From a bacterium (GTDB lineage Bacteria > Electryoneota > Electryoneia > Electryoneales > Electryoneaceae), in contig OY769902.1 of NCBI GenBank assembly GCA_963669175.1, positions 1,568,001 through 1,632,000 on the forward strand: a stretch of DNA of 64,000 nucleotides. The letters run 5' to 3'. Positions 1-10,022 of the stretch are shown here, one piece after another (position 1 is the first letter of the stretch; each line of letters begins with the position of its first letter). The notes under the pieces are model-generated. The model was not told the origin of the DNA. It saw nothing but the letters and a program-made list of their open reading frames with translations, and ran no database searches. Made by a program: the position numbers and the translations under genes.

Positions 1-1
1 A

Positions 2-2842
2 GAGGTCGCGCTCCGTCCGATCAACTGGATGGAAAACGAGTACATGGAGGGTCGAGCGGATCATCTGGAGCCGCTGTGGCTGGCAAATGGGTACGTGTTG
101 CAGCTTCGAGCAGACCGTGTTGAACGACTGGCAGAGTTCAGGGAAATTCAGACCCTGCATTTTGATCGACCGGTTTCCTTTGATGAATCCAACGATGAAG
201 CGCCCTGGACTGATCCCGGTGATGTTCCCATGGATGATATCGGGTGGGGAGTGGAGACGATAGGTACGCTTGCGCTCTGGGATCAGGGGTATCGTGGAAG
301 AGGAGCCCTTGTTGCCGTGATTGACACGGGGATGGATCTCGATCATCCTGACCTGGAAAACCAGCTCTGGACCAATGTGGATGAGATCCCCGGTAACAAT
401 ATGGATGACGATAACAATGGCTATATAGATGACGTTCATGGTTGGAATTTCTATGATGATAATAACAATCTCATGGATGTCCAGGGGCATGGCACCAAGT
501 GCGCCGGAGTATTGGTAGGGAACGGGACTAACGGCGATACTACCGGCATCGCTCCCGAAGCAGAGCTGATGGTGATCCGAAACTATGACAGTAACTGGTC
601 CAGTGAAGCGACTCATTTGCTTGCAGTGCAGTACGCTCTGAACAATGGCGCCAGTGTGATCAGTTGTTCCATGTCCTATGAACATAATCCAGATGCCATG
701 GATGTATCCCATCGGACAGTCCAGGAATTTGCTCTTCTGGGTGGTTTGATCCAGGCCAATTCCATGGGGAACAATGGGGACGGCAACGAGCCTTACAACA
801 TCAACGCGCCAGCTCGTTGTCCACATCCCTGGTTACCACCGGAACAGACCCTTGTTGGCGGAACAGCGGCGATGATCAGTGTCGGCGCTCATAATACCAG
901 CGGGACAGTCTGGTATTACAGCACCGAAGGGCCAACCGAGTGGGACAATGAGGCGTTTCCGGATAACTATTGTGATTATCCGTATGATGATGGCGCCAGC
1001 CTTGGCCTGTTAAAGCCGACTATTGTTGCGCCTGCCAGCACACCCACGACCTCGTGGACAGGCGGCTATACTACATTTACCGGTGAATCGTCGTCCACGC
1101 CGCATGTCGGCGGGGCGCTTATCCTGTTACGTTCCATCCATCCGCAGGCAACCCCGGAAGACCTCACCGAGGCGATTATAAACAGCGCTGAAGACGGTGG
1201 CGATCCCGGTTTTGATAATCTCTATGGCGCTGGCAGATTGCGTGTCGATCTGGCGCATGAGTACCTGGACAACATGTTTGATTATGCCAGCCTGACTGCG
1301 ACCATAACCGATACGAATGGTGTTACGATACCGAACGCCAAGGTTGTGCTGGGTAGCAGTGAAATCATCGTGTACAGCAACGATGATGGGGCGGCGGTCA
1401 TGGAACGGGTGCAGCCCGGTGAATACGATATCTATGTGATTGCGGACGACTATAACCCCGGCATTGAAGCGGATGTACAGTTTACCGGTGGTGACGACGT
1501 TGAGATGACAATTGAACTGGAACCCTCGACTCCCGGCGGCGGGGTACAGATCCTGCCGGATGAGATTATCGAGACAATCGAGGTTGATGACGTCCTCGAG
1601 CAGACATTTGTAATCACGAACCTGTTTGACCATTCGATACAGGTTCTCCCGAGGCTGAAAACCCAGGACGAGACCGACTGGGAGCTGGATCGCAGTATTA
1701 CGATCAACCAGGACATCCTCCCCATGGCGCTTGCAGTGCGTGATTGTACCGTGTTCCTGTGGGGATACCGTGAGCCTGACAGCTACCGGATATGGGAGCT
1801 GGACCTGGATGGTTTTGTACAGGACAGTCTTGACCTTGCCGAGGAATTCCACGAGCAGCGTCGCTATGACCTCGCTTTTGATGGAGAATCCGGGTATTTC
1901 GCAGCGCGTGGTGACACGATTTACCACTTCAACGAGGAGTGGGCCATCGACAGTACGCTCGGTGTGAATGTGCCCAATGACCAGATTTTCTCCCTGGCCT
2001 TTGATCCGATTTTGAACCGTTATTTCCTGGGTGTCACAGACAGCGTTCTGATGATCATGGACAGTCTCGGACAGGAAACAGGAATGTACGTGCTGGCCGA
2101 GGATGCCAATGTCATGGTGTTTAACCCTGATGATGAGCAGGGCGCCAGTGTGTATTACCAGTCGGCAGATGATGTTGACGTTACCACATTGCTTCGTGTC
2201 CGTCTCAGTGACGGTGTCCTGGATACACTGACAACTCTGCATGAGACCGTACAAGGACGGTTGGTTGGATTGCTGCTGGATCGTTCTACGGATTCGCCAT
2301 TCTGGAGTGTCGGCGCCTTTTTCGACCAGGCGCCCTTGTACATGTACCGTCGTGAACTGGATTACACCTGTTACTCGATTGAGGATACTGTTGTCGTTTA
2401 TTCGCTGGAAAGTGAGCAGGTTGGGTTTGATCTGGTCGGCAACCGGTTCCGGGAGGGCAGCAGGTATGATCTGTTGCTGGAATGGGCCGACCTTTACGGA
2501 GAATGGGTGATCGAAACCCCGCTGACCATCGATGTAATCCAGTATGTGGAAGACGGTCCGGAAGATACGCCATTGCCGTATACGACTGAGCTGATGCCGC
2601 CCTTCCCGAACCCGTTCAACAGCCAGGTGCAGTTGAGCTATCGCCTGGGTGAGACGGCCGAAGTCAGCCTCGCGGTGTACAATGTGCTGGGCCAGAAAGT
2701 GTCGCAACTGGTGCAGGGCCGTAAACCCGCCGGGCAGTACGAAGCCACCTGGATTGGCGACGGCATGGCGACAGGTGTGTATGTCGCTGTCCTTCACGTC
2801 GGCAAGGAACGCTATGCGGTGAAGATGACCCTGATCAGGTAG
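2..2842 (+). CDS. S8 family serine peptidase with carboxypeptidase-regulatory-like domain and T9SS type A-like C-terminal domain (5'-partial)
   Basis: Frame is open from base 2. Motifs VAVIDTG, HGTKCAG, NSMGN and GESSSTPHVGG; C-terminal FPNPFN...YNVLGQ domain. Confidence 0.9.
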   Translation, partial: EVALRPINWMENEYMEGRADHLEPLWLANGYVLQLRADRVERLAEFREIQTLHFDRPVSFDESNDEAPWTDPGDVPMDDIGWGVETIGTLALWDQGYRGRGALVAVIDTGMDLDHPDLENQLWTNVDEIPGNNMDDDNNGYIDDVHGWNFYDDNNNLMDVQGHGTKCAGVLVGNGTNGDTTGIAPEAELMVIRNYDSNWSSEATHLLAVQYALNNGASVISCSMSYEHNPDAMDVSHRTVQEFALLGGLIQANSMGNNGDGNEPYNINAPARCPHPWLPPEQTLVGGTAAMISVGAHNTSGTVWYYSTEGPTEWDNEAFPDNYCDYPYDDGASLGLLKPTIVAPASTPTTSWTGGYTTFTGESSSTPHVGGALILLRSIHPQATPEDLTEAIINSAEDGGDPGFDNLYGAGRLRVDLAHEYLDNMFDYASLTATITDTNGVTIPNAKVVLGSSEIIVYSNDDGAAVMERVQPGEYDIYVIADDYNPGIEADVQFTGGDDVEMTIELEPSTPGGGVQILPDEIIETIEVDDVLEQTFVITNLFDHSIQVLPRLKTQDETDWELDRSITINQDILPMALAVRDCTVFLWGYREPDSYRIWELDLDGFVQDSLDLAEEFHEQRRYDLAFDGESGYFAARGDTIYHFNEEWAIDSTLGVNVPNDQIFSLAFDPILNRYFLGVTDSVLMIMDSLGQETGMYVLAEDANVMVFNPDDEQGASVYYQSADDVDVTTLLRVRLSDGVLDTLTTLHETVQGRLVGLLLDRSTDSPFWSVGAFFDQAPLYMYRRELDYTCYSIEDTVVVYSLESEQVGFDLVGNRFREGSRYDLLLEWADLYGEWVIETPLTIDVIQYVEDGPEDTPLPYTTELMPPFPNPFNSQVQLSYRLGETAEVSLAVYNVLGQKVSQLVQGRKPAGQYEATWIGDGMATGVYVAVLHVGKERYAVKMTLIR

Positions 2843-2874
2843 TTCAGTAAAGCATTTTTAATCATGCGACTTTC

Positions 2875-2903
2875 AGACCGCTCGGAACTCCGGGCGGTTT
2901 TTT
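2875..2903 (+). terminator. Rho-independent terminator
   Basis: accgctcgga-act-ccgggcggt stem followed by a T-run, just after the stop codon. Confidence 0.75.
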
Positions 2904-2988
2904 ATCTCGGTGAGTATATCACCGCTTGACTTTACTGCAATTCAAGACACAGTTTATATCATCCAATGAATATTCCACGGAGAAGACG

Positions 2989-5900
2989 ATGCGCGCAAAA
3001 CTAACCGCCAAGCCTGCTGTTTGGACTTTTCTCATTTGTGTTTCCCTCTTCAGTGCGATCCTGCTGGTGATTCCGGGGAAATCGTATGCCGGAGCGCGTT
3101 ATGCGGATGGCCTGGAAAAAGCTGTAGCGTCCGCTCAACCCGGTGAAAAGATCCCTGTACTGGTGCAGTTTTATGGCGCTATCAGCCGTGCAGAGTTCCA
3201 CCAGGCGCTGGAAGGATTGACCGGTGATGAACGTCGTGAAGCGGGCATCGAGTTGCTGCGTTCCAACCTGTTCAAGCAGGCGGGGAATGCGATTGCGTGG
3301 ATCGAGAATGAAGAGGCGGAAGGACGCGCTTTTGCGGCCTATTCTTTCTGGTTGGGGAATGGGTATGTAATGTCTTTGCAGGCGGATCGTATCGCATTGC
3401 TGGCTGAATTTCCCGAAGTCGAATCCATCGTCTACACGCCACCCCGTCCCATCCCGGAAATTGACGAGGGCGATCCCTGGACTGATCCCGGTGAGGTGGA
3501 GCTGGACGATTTGGTGTGGGGCGTGGAGGATATCCAGACACGCGATATGTGGGCTGAAGGTTATACCGGAGAAGGCATCTTGCTGGCCATTATCGATACA
3601 GGCTGCCTGCTTACTCATCCGGATCTGGCCGATCATATCTGGAATAACGCAAATGAAATTCCGGACAACGGGCTGGATGACGACGACAACGAGTATGTCG
3701 ATGATATCCATGGCTGGAATTTTGTGGATGATGACAACGATGTGATGGATGTCCATGGGCATGGGACAAAGGTGGCCGGAGTGCTGGTAGGTGATGGCGC
3801 CATGGGCGATACGACTGGCGTAGCGCCCGGGGCAGAAATCATTGTGATCAGAAACTACGGACTTGGTCATACATCCGAGAATTTTCACAGCCTGGCGGTT
3901 CAATATGCCGTAGGGGTTGGCGCTGATTTCATCAGTTGCTCCATGTCCTACGAGCATGAAGGCAACGAGATGGATGTCAGCATTCGTCAAACCATGGAGC
4001 TGGTGGCTGAATTGGAAATTATTCAGACCAATTCGATGGGGAACAAAGGCGCGTTTAGCGGCAACCTGTACAATGTCAACCTGCCGGGCCGTTGTCCGCC
4101 GCCCTGGCTGCATCCGGATCAGGATGTACGTGGGGGCGCCAGCGCTATCCTGGGCATCGGCTATTACGAACGCTCGGGAGCGAACAGGGTGATCGGAGAG
4201 CACAGCACAGAAGGCCCTGCAGTGTGGCAGGAAGAAACATTTCCCCTGGAATACCAGGATTACCCGTATATCGCGGGTGGACTTCTCAAACCCGACATTG
4301 TAGCGCCCGGAAATGTGACCAGCACGAAGTGGAATCCCACTCCAAATTCCTACTACACGAATTTTACCGCAGAATCTTCTGCTACTCCTCATGTAGCAGG
4401 CGCCCTGGCATTGCTGAAGCAGGCGCATCCTGACGCCAGTATCGTTGACCTGGTTCGTGCGCTGAAAATGAGCGCTCTGGACAGGGGCGATCATGGGCAT
4501 GATAACATCTGGGGCGCGGGCATGCTGCGTATTCATGATGCTCATGAATACCTGACCATGATGGAAAACATGGGGACTCTAAGGCTTATTTCGCTTGATC
4601 AAGCAGGTCGCATTTTGGACAATGTCTATTACACGATTAGTGACAGCACCGGTTTCTACATGTCAAGAGTGGTTGCTTACACGGAATTGCCGGCAGGCGC
4701 CTACACCCTGAATCTGCACAAGTATGGGTACGACGATATCACCAATGTGCAAGCGATCGTTTCGCCCAATGATACGACCAACTACCGTGTACGTTTCAAC
4801 AAGATTGAGTTTCCCAATTCCATCACCTTGTCGCCGAGTAATACTACACATGTCGACGTTGGTTTGGCTGATACGGTTGCGCAGGTTTTCACCATCACCA
4901 ATGAATCGGGGGAAGCGATCACTGTAACCGGCAGTATTTACGATTATAACTTTGGCTATTCATTTGCAGCACAAGGGATACAGCGTTTCCAGTTCGACCT
5001 GTCTTCTGCTACAGTTCGCGGACTGGGCTTTGTGGATACGACCTATTACATCCTGGGACAACGTGATGAACAGGACGCCACACCGATGATGTGGCACGCA
5101 GATTCGGCCGGGAATTTGATTGATAGTGTTGCCCAGGCAGATGATTTCGGTGAAAATGGGTTGGGCGACCTGGCTATCACTCATGACAACCTTATCTTTG
5201 CAGCGCCCTACTCAGGGGATAATGCCGACATTATTTATACACTGGGGCCGGACTGGAGTATTCTTAACAGCATGACCTCCCCGGTTGCGCCGGTTCGAGG
5301 GTTGGCTGTTGATGAAGAAGAAGGTGTGCTGTATGTCCGGGAGGCTGACGGGACAATCCACAAGACCACCATGAATGGTATCCTGCTATCTACGTATGCA
5401 GCGCCATATCTATTTGGTGAGGAAGGCAGCCTGTTCTACTATGCGGACGGCAAGACCGGCCCGGAGCTGATCGTGATCTCCGGGGAACAGGATGGCGATT
5501 TATATATCGAAATTCTGCACCTCTCCACGAACGAATTTGAACTGATAACCAGTGTCCCCGGCAATAACTATAATCCAGTATTTACCAATGAGCCCATACG
5601 ATATGCCAGCTATGAGATCGGGCTATTAGGAATCGTTAATGCTGGCATTCATCGGTTTGCGTTGAACAAAGGTGAGCATGCAGTTTCTATTCCCAATCCA
5701 ATCACAGTTGAGCCCGGCGCTTCGGTAGATGTGGAGTTCGAATTCTACAGCGAATGGTGGAGGATACCCAACTGGAACGAGTTCCAGAAGGTGGTTTTCG
5801 CTGATGGACCACGTGCGCTGCTGGGTGAAATCTATATTGATGTTACTGGGGTTGACGATGAACCGTCCCAAGCGATTCCCTTCACCACAGAGCTGCACCC

Positions 5901-6144
5901 AGGCTATCCGAACCCGTTTAACCCGGTGACCATGCTGAAATATTCGCTTGCACAGCCGGGTGAAGTGCGTATTGCGGTGTACAATGTGCTCGGTCAGCAG
6001 GTGGATGTGCTGTACCAGGGATATCATGTTGCGGGTACGCACCAGGTTTCGTTTGATGCCAGCGACCTGGCCAGCGGACTTTACCTTGTGCAGATGGAAA
6101 CCGCCGGACACCAGTACTTGCAGAAAGTCTTCCTTCTCAAGTAA
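2989..6144 (+). CDS. S8 family serine peptidase with T9SS type A-like C-terminal domain (paralogue of the upstream gene)
   Basis: ATG 2989 after ggag, signal peptide; LAIIDTG, HGTKVAG, NSMGN, AESSATPHVAG; C-terminal YPNPFN domain. Confidence 0.9.
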   Translation: MRAKLTAKPAVWTFLICVSLFSAILLVIPGKSYAGARYADGLEKAVASAQPGEKIPVLVQFYGAISRAEFHQALEGLTGDERREAGIELLRSNLFKQAGNAIAWIENEEAEGRAFAAYSFWLGNGYVMSLQADRIALLAEFPEVESIVYTPPRPIPEIDEGDPWTDPGEVELDDLVWGVEDIQTRDMWAEGYTGEGILLAIIDTGCLLTHPDLADHIWNNANEIPDNGLDDDDNEYVDDIHGWNFVDDDNDVMDVHGHGTKVAGVLVGDGAMGDTTGVAPGAEIIVIRNYGLGHTSENFHSLAVQYAVGVGADFISCSMSYEHEGNEMDVSIRQTMELVAELEIIQTNSMGNKGAFSGNLYNVNLPGRCPPPWLHPDQDVRGGASAILGIGYYERSGANRVIGEHSTEGPAVWQEETFPLEYQDYPYIAGGLLKPDIVAPGNVTSTKWNPTPNSYYTNFTAESSATPHVAGALALLKQAHPDASIVDLVRALKMSALDRGDHGHDNIWGAGMLRIHDAHEYLTMMENMGTLRLISLDQAGRILDNVYYTISDSTGFYMSRVVAYTELPAGAYTLNLHKYGYDDITNVQAIVSPNDTTNYRVRFNKIEFPNSITLSPSNTTHVDVGLADTVAQVFTITNESGEAITVTGSIYDYNFGYSFAAQGIQRFQFDLSSATVRGLGFVDTTYYILGQRDEQDATPMMWHADSAGNLIDSVAQADDFGENGLGDLAITHDNLIFAAPYSGDNADIIYTLGPDWSILNSMTSPVAPVRGLAVDEEEGVLYVREADGTIHKTTMNGILLSTYAAPYLFGEEGSLFYYADGKTGPELIVISGEQDGDLYIEILHLSTNEFELITSVPGNNYNPVFTNEPIRYASYEIGLLGIVNAGIHRFALNKGEHAVSIPNPITVEPGASVDVEFEFYSEWWRIPNWNEFQKVVFADGPRALLGEIYIDVTGVDDEPSQAIPFTTELHPGYPNPFNPVTMLKYSLAQPGEVRIAVYNVLGQQVDVLYQGYHVAGTHQVSFDASDLASGLYLVQMETAGHQYLQKVFLLK

Positions 6145-6159
6145 ACACTGCGGGATTCG

Positions 6160-6217
6160 CAGGATGAACAGGACAGGTTTCTTACAGGATGAAAGGATAG
6201 AAAGATATCAAGGATAA
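6160..6217. repeat. Short degenerate AGGAT-periodic repeat (similar tracts at 22764-22800 and, inverted, 33838-33892)
   Basis: caggatgaacaggac...caggatgaaaggatagaaagatatcaaggataa; near-identical text at 22764. Confidence 0.55.
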
Positions 6218-6309
6218 CGGTTGATTGTATAACAGTAACTTCTTGATCAGAGAACTGACGAGATATAGTATTGCTCATATAGTATTTCTTGAAAGTAATG
6301 TCGGATACA

Positions 6310-6340
6310 GTCATCCCCGCCTGCGCTGGGGATGACATCT
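6310..6340. repeat. REP-like palindrome of the GTCATCCCCG..CGGGGATGAC family (also ~6768-6795, ~38915-38942 and cluster 17415-17740)
   Basis: gtcatccccgcctgcgctggggatgac; gatccccgatcatgcggggatggc; gatccccgttcaagccggggatgac. Confidence 0.6.
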
Positions 6341-6402
6341 CGGCGATCACCTCAGTATTTCGCCTGCTGTGGATGCGACAATACTTTCGATACTCACTAT
6401 AT

Positions 6403-6636
6403 AACTGTTCTCGATTTTATTCCGTCATAATGGAGATTGCCGGGAAAAGGGGACGGGATCCTTTTCCTCGCGCTTATGCAGAATATTTCTGAAGTATTCC
6501 TGGAAAAGGAAACTGTCCCCTTTTCCGTGTAATTCCTGCCTGCTCTCAAGAAAAAGGGTACAGCCACCTTTCCCGGTCCATGCTCACAGCGGGAAGGCTT
6601 TTGCTGTAGGGAAAGGAAACTGTCCCCTTTTTCCAT
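6403..6636 (+). repeat. Composite palindromic element, family A (four GAAAAGG-N8/9-CCTTTT units), full copy
   Basis: Highly similar to the reverse complement of 55190-55423; partial copies at 9820, 13440, 29626 and 60646. Confidence 0.9.
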
Positions 6637-6870
6637 CTCCTTTATTCCAACCAAATAAAGGATCTTTCACTGATATAGCACATGACCCTATGACGGACTA
6701 ATAATGGGAATCGCTATACTTTTCAATTTTCCAACTTTATAACTTTATAACTCAAAAAAGAGGGTAGAGATCCCCGATCATGCGGGGATGGCATCATCCG
6801 TAAGCGTGAGAGAATCGGATAATACCGGTTGATGAAGATACGATGATCTCCCCCTTAGTTTTGTTCGCCA

Positions 6871-7398
6871 TCAATTTGTCACCGTCACCGAAACATCAGC
6901 GACGTTTATCCCTTCGACCTCAATCTCGTTTCCAGCTTCGTTGTAAAAAACCAGGGCATCAACCAGCATGTTCAATGTCGCTGATCCGGCTGCCTGCGCC
7001 TGAAGTGTAAGCGTCAGGACAGTCCCTTCTGTCTGCCAGGTGGTATCACTCTGAATTCGGGTAACCGTGGCATACAGGACATCATCTTCCATCTGGGTGA
7101 ACAGGATAGCTTCATCACCGAAGAGGGAGCCGATTTCGCTTTGTGACGCATCAAAGGTGATGACATCGGCATCGGACACCTGCAATTCAAAACTCAGCGC
7201 GAACACCTCTTCCGGCATGTTGTCTCCATCGAGGGAAATGGCCGTTTCGTCACTACTGCACATGGTTACAGACGTACTGGAAAAGGCCAGGCTGGGATCA
7301 TCACTCGTTGAGGGTGTAGATGTCGGGCTGCTGTCATCGGAACACCCGGCCATCATCATCACTGGAATCAGCAAAAGTATGACTGCGTACTTGACCAT
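6871..7398 (-). CDS. Lipoprotein with cohesin-like domain
   Basis: Lipobox MAGC and Ser/Thr/Pro linker, then a cohesin-like pattern (VFALSFEL..D.DVI; EGTVLTLTLQAQAAGSATL..FYNEAG). Confidence 0.7.
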   Translation of the reverse strand: MVKYAVILLLIPVMMMAGCSDDSSPTSTPSTSDDPSLAFSSTSVTMCSSDETAISLDGDNMPEEVFALSFELQVSDADVITFDASQSEIGSLFGDEAILFTQMEDDVLYATVTRIQSDTTWQTEGTVLTLTLQAQAAGSATLNMLVDALVFYNEAGNEIEVEGINVADVSVTVTN

Positions 7399-7407
7399 GA
7401 AAATCCC

Positions 7408-9756
7408 CTATTTGCTGTAGACCAGTTTACGAATCATGGTCTGGTTTGCTGTTTCGAGACGGTAGAAATAGATACCGCTTGCCAGGCCGGAGCCATCCAG
7501 GCGAACCTGGTGTGTCCCCGGAGCGAAGTGCTGTCCACGGATCAATTGCTGAACTTCCTGCCCCAGCACGTTGATCAGAGTCAGGGTCACATCCTGTTCC
7601 TGTGGCAGGGAGAACTGGATGATGGTAGACGAATTGAACGGATTCGGGTAGTTCTGCGCCAGGGAAAGCTCTGTGGGCAGGGCGTTTGTCTCACCAACGA
7701 CAGATTCCAGCAGGGTACGCATCCGTGTAACCGCTTCTCCGTTTCCGGACAGGCTATTGTATAGTTTGGTGAAATTCTCACGATACTCTTCAAGCACTTC
7801 CGGTCCGAATGAGTCACCGAGGAAGGAGTCTTCCGCAACAAGGTGCGTTTTGCTCCAGTTTACCCCGATCGCCACGACATCCTGTTCATCGACAGAACCA
7901 TCCCCGTTCGCGTCCGCGTAGGTAGCGGCCAGTTCGGTCCAGGGCGTACAGCGTTGTCCGTTCCACCGGTTCGATGTGCAGGAGCGTCCCGTTCCACTGG
8001 TCAGGAAGTAGACACCGATGGGAAGGATATCCTCAGCACTGACAACGCCATCATTGTTGGTGTCACCGGGATACACCAGCTCACTGGATAATTGCGCCTG
8101 GAGAACGTCGTAACGCTGCTGACTGAATGAGGTCAGGCCGGGAACACGTCTGCCATCGGAAAGGGTGACTGTTCCTTCCAGGTTCCGGTAGAACATGTTG
8201 TCTGTGTACAGCTTGTTCTCATCGGCCAATACATGGGATTCAAGCAACGGCGCCAGTTGTACAACTAACGCTGCAACGGAATCGGGATGAGCCGCGCCAT
8301 CCAGGATTTCGCTGATATAATCGAGGTATATCGATTGCAAGGATCCCTGTTCCAGCAGACGACGGTTCAGAGGACGGTCATCCAGGTTGGAAATAGCCAG
8401 TATATCCTGGTCAATTACATCCCAGCCGTTGGAATACACACCGAACGCCTCATTCACATCCCAGGGCATCATGACAAACTGACCATTGGTCTCGTAATCA
8501 TAAAAATAGTAGTTACGCGCTGAACCGGTGTAGCTGTCGAAGTTGGACAGAACCATATTATAGGCCAGCAATTTCAGGCAGGAATCAAAATCCAGGATCT
8601 GGCCGACAACACTGACAAACTCATCATTGTCCGTGTTGTTCAATACGCTGATCATCTCAACAAAACGTGCCCAGTCGTTTTCATCGTCGTTTGTTTTCAG
8701 TTCATACTCTTCTTCATACTCGGACTGGTCATCTCCGTAGTAGACGAGTGGAGCGCCGTCATCTCCGGCTTTATACAGGTTGTAGCCGTTGTTCTCAAAA
8801 TGCCGGGCGAGGAAAAGTTCGTCAACCTGCTCCACCAGCGTATAAAAGCCGAGCAATTCTCCGTCAACATACACATCCGCATAGGTTGTTCGCGGTGCGG
8901 GCATGTACTCGCGAGCGATACTGTAAGCGATTGTTTCACGCATGAAAGTTGGATCACAAACCCCGTTGTGCAGGTTCAACTTATCAAGGTCGAAGAAATT
9001 TGCAGCATCATTGAACTTGTCAAATTTCAGCGTGAGCGGTTTCTTAGGAGTACCCTGTGAGAGGGTATAGGTTGAGTTGCCTTTATAACGAATCCCAACA
9101 CTGTCCAGAACCATAGTGTCGTTATAGGTGACCTGGCATGGCAAATACTCTTCATCGAGAACTTCATAATTGTACGCCATGCTGTCCTGCCATGCATCCA
9201 CGTAAAAATGAAGTTCAATTTTGTGGATGGTGAAGGGTTCGAACAGGCCGTCACCGGGTACGGTTTCTTCCGGTCCATCGGAGGTATTCGGTTCGCCACA
9301 GGTCGGATACATGAACTGGAACTCGCCGGTGCCGTCCGGGTATCGTCCGAAACTTATGTCCAGGTATTGCGGGCCGAAGGTTACCTGGTCAAGCAGAGAG
9401 CCATCTGCTGTCGCAAGGCAAACATCTTCTCCGGATGAGGAAAGCTTGAAATTGGTGTGCAAACCTTCCTGGTCTTCATCGTCATCCGTCCAGATGATCA
9501 GGAATCCACGGGCTGCGATAGAGGTGTCCGGAAATACCCACTGCATCAGGTCGTCGGGATCGTCCGACAAGCCAAACCCATTCAGGTTGACCGCTTCATC
9601 ACCCGGGTTATACAATTCAACCCAGTCATCAAAATCACCGTCCTGATCGGCAACAGTAGTGTCGTTGTCCGCCATGAACTCATTTATGACCACATCCTGC
9701 CCGAAAGCAACTGCTGTTGTGAACAGGAGTAGCGTGCATATCAAGCTGCGCATCAT
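7408..9756 (-). CDS. CotH kinase family protein with lamin-tail domain, dockerin-like EF-hand pair and T9SS-like CTD
   Basis: Signal peptide; VVINEFMADN..DWVELYN (LTD); GIRYKGNS, NFDSY..RNYY, PWDVNEAFG (CotH); GDTNNDG/ADANGDG repeats; NYPNPFN. Confidence 0.9.
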   Translation of the reverse strand: MMRSLICTLLLFTTAVAFGQDVVINEFMADNDTTVADQDGDFDDWVELYNPGDEAVNLNGFGLSDDPDDLMQWVFPDTSIAARGFLIIWTDDDEDQEGLHTNFKLSSSGEDVCLATADGSLLDQVTFGPQYLDISFGRYPDGTGEFQFMYPTCGEPNTSDGPEETVPGDGLFEPFTIHKIELHFYVDAWQDSMAYNYEVLDEEYLPCQVTYNDTMVLDSVGIRYKGNSTYTLSQGTPKKPLTLKFDKFNDAANFFDLDKLNLHNGVCDPTFMRETIAYSIAREYMPAPRTTYADVYVDGELLGFYTLVEQVDELFLARHFENNGYNLYKAGDDGAPLVYYGDDQSEYEEEYELKTNDDENDWARFVEMISVLNNTDNDEFVSVVGQILDFDSCLKLLAYNMVLSNFDSYTGSARNYYFYDYETNGQFVMMPWDVNEAFGVYSNGWDVIDQDILAISNLDDRPLNRRLLEQGSLQSIYLDYISEILDGAAHPDSVAALVVQLAPLLESHVLADENKLYTDNMFYRNLEGTVTLSDGRRVPGLTSFSQQRYDVLQAQLSSELVYPGDTNNDGVVSAEDILPIGVYFLTSGTGRSCTSNRWNGQRCTPWTELAATYADANGDGSVDEQDVVAIGVNWSKTHLVAEDSFLGDSFGPEVLEEYRENFTKLYNSLSGNGEAVTRMRTLLESVVGETNALPTELSLAQNYPNPFNSSTIIQFSLPQEQDVTLTLINVLGQEVQQLIRGQHFAPGTHQVRLDGSGLASGIYFYRLETANQTMIRKLVYSK

Positions 9757-9819
9757 CAGCTTTCTCCCTGGGTGTGTCTGTCAAGTATATATATCTTGGG
9801 ATACTTGTTTGTCGATGTT

Positions 9820-9945
9820 GTTCTCAATTCATTTTCGCTATCATGAAAATTGACGGGAGAAGGGGACGGAATCCTTTTCCTCGCGCTCACCTGACATACT
9901 CTTTCTGAACCTGTGGAAAAGGAAGCTGTCCCCTTTTTCCATATC
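9820..9945 (+). repeat. Family A palindromic element, half copy
   Basis: gaaggggacggaatccttttcctcgcgct...ggaaaaggaagctgtcccctttttccat. Confidence 0.8.
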
Positions 9946-10022
9946 CTTTTTCGAATCATCCAGTGAGTCGTTCGTAGGATGATTGCATGACGGTTTATTT
10001 GAAGAACAGCTCTACAACAAGG

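Noticed and set aside
1127-4545. Long antisense ORFs of 556 aa and 514 aa
   Set aside because: They are shadow ORFs opposite well-supported S8 genes, with no recognisable motifs.
6403-6636. Mini-CRISPR from regularly spaced palindromes
   Set aside because: The spacers are conserved between dispersed copies and the repeats differ from one another, which fits a BIME-like element.
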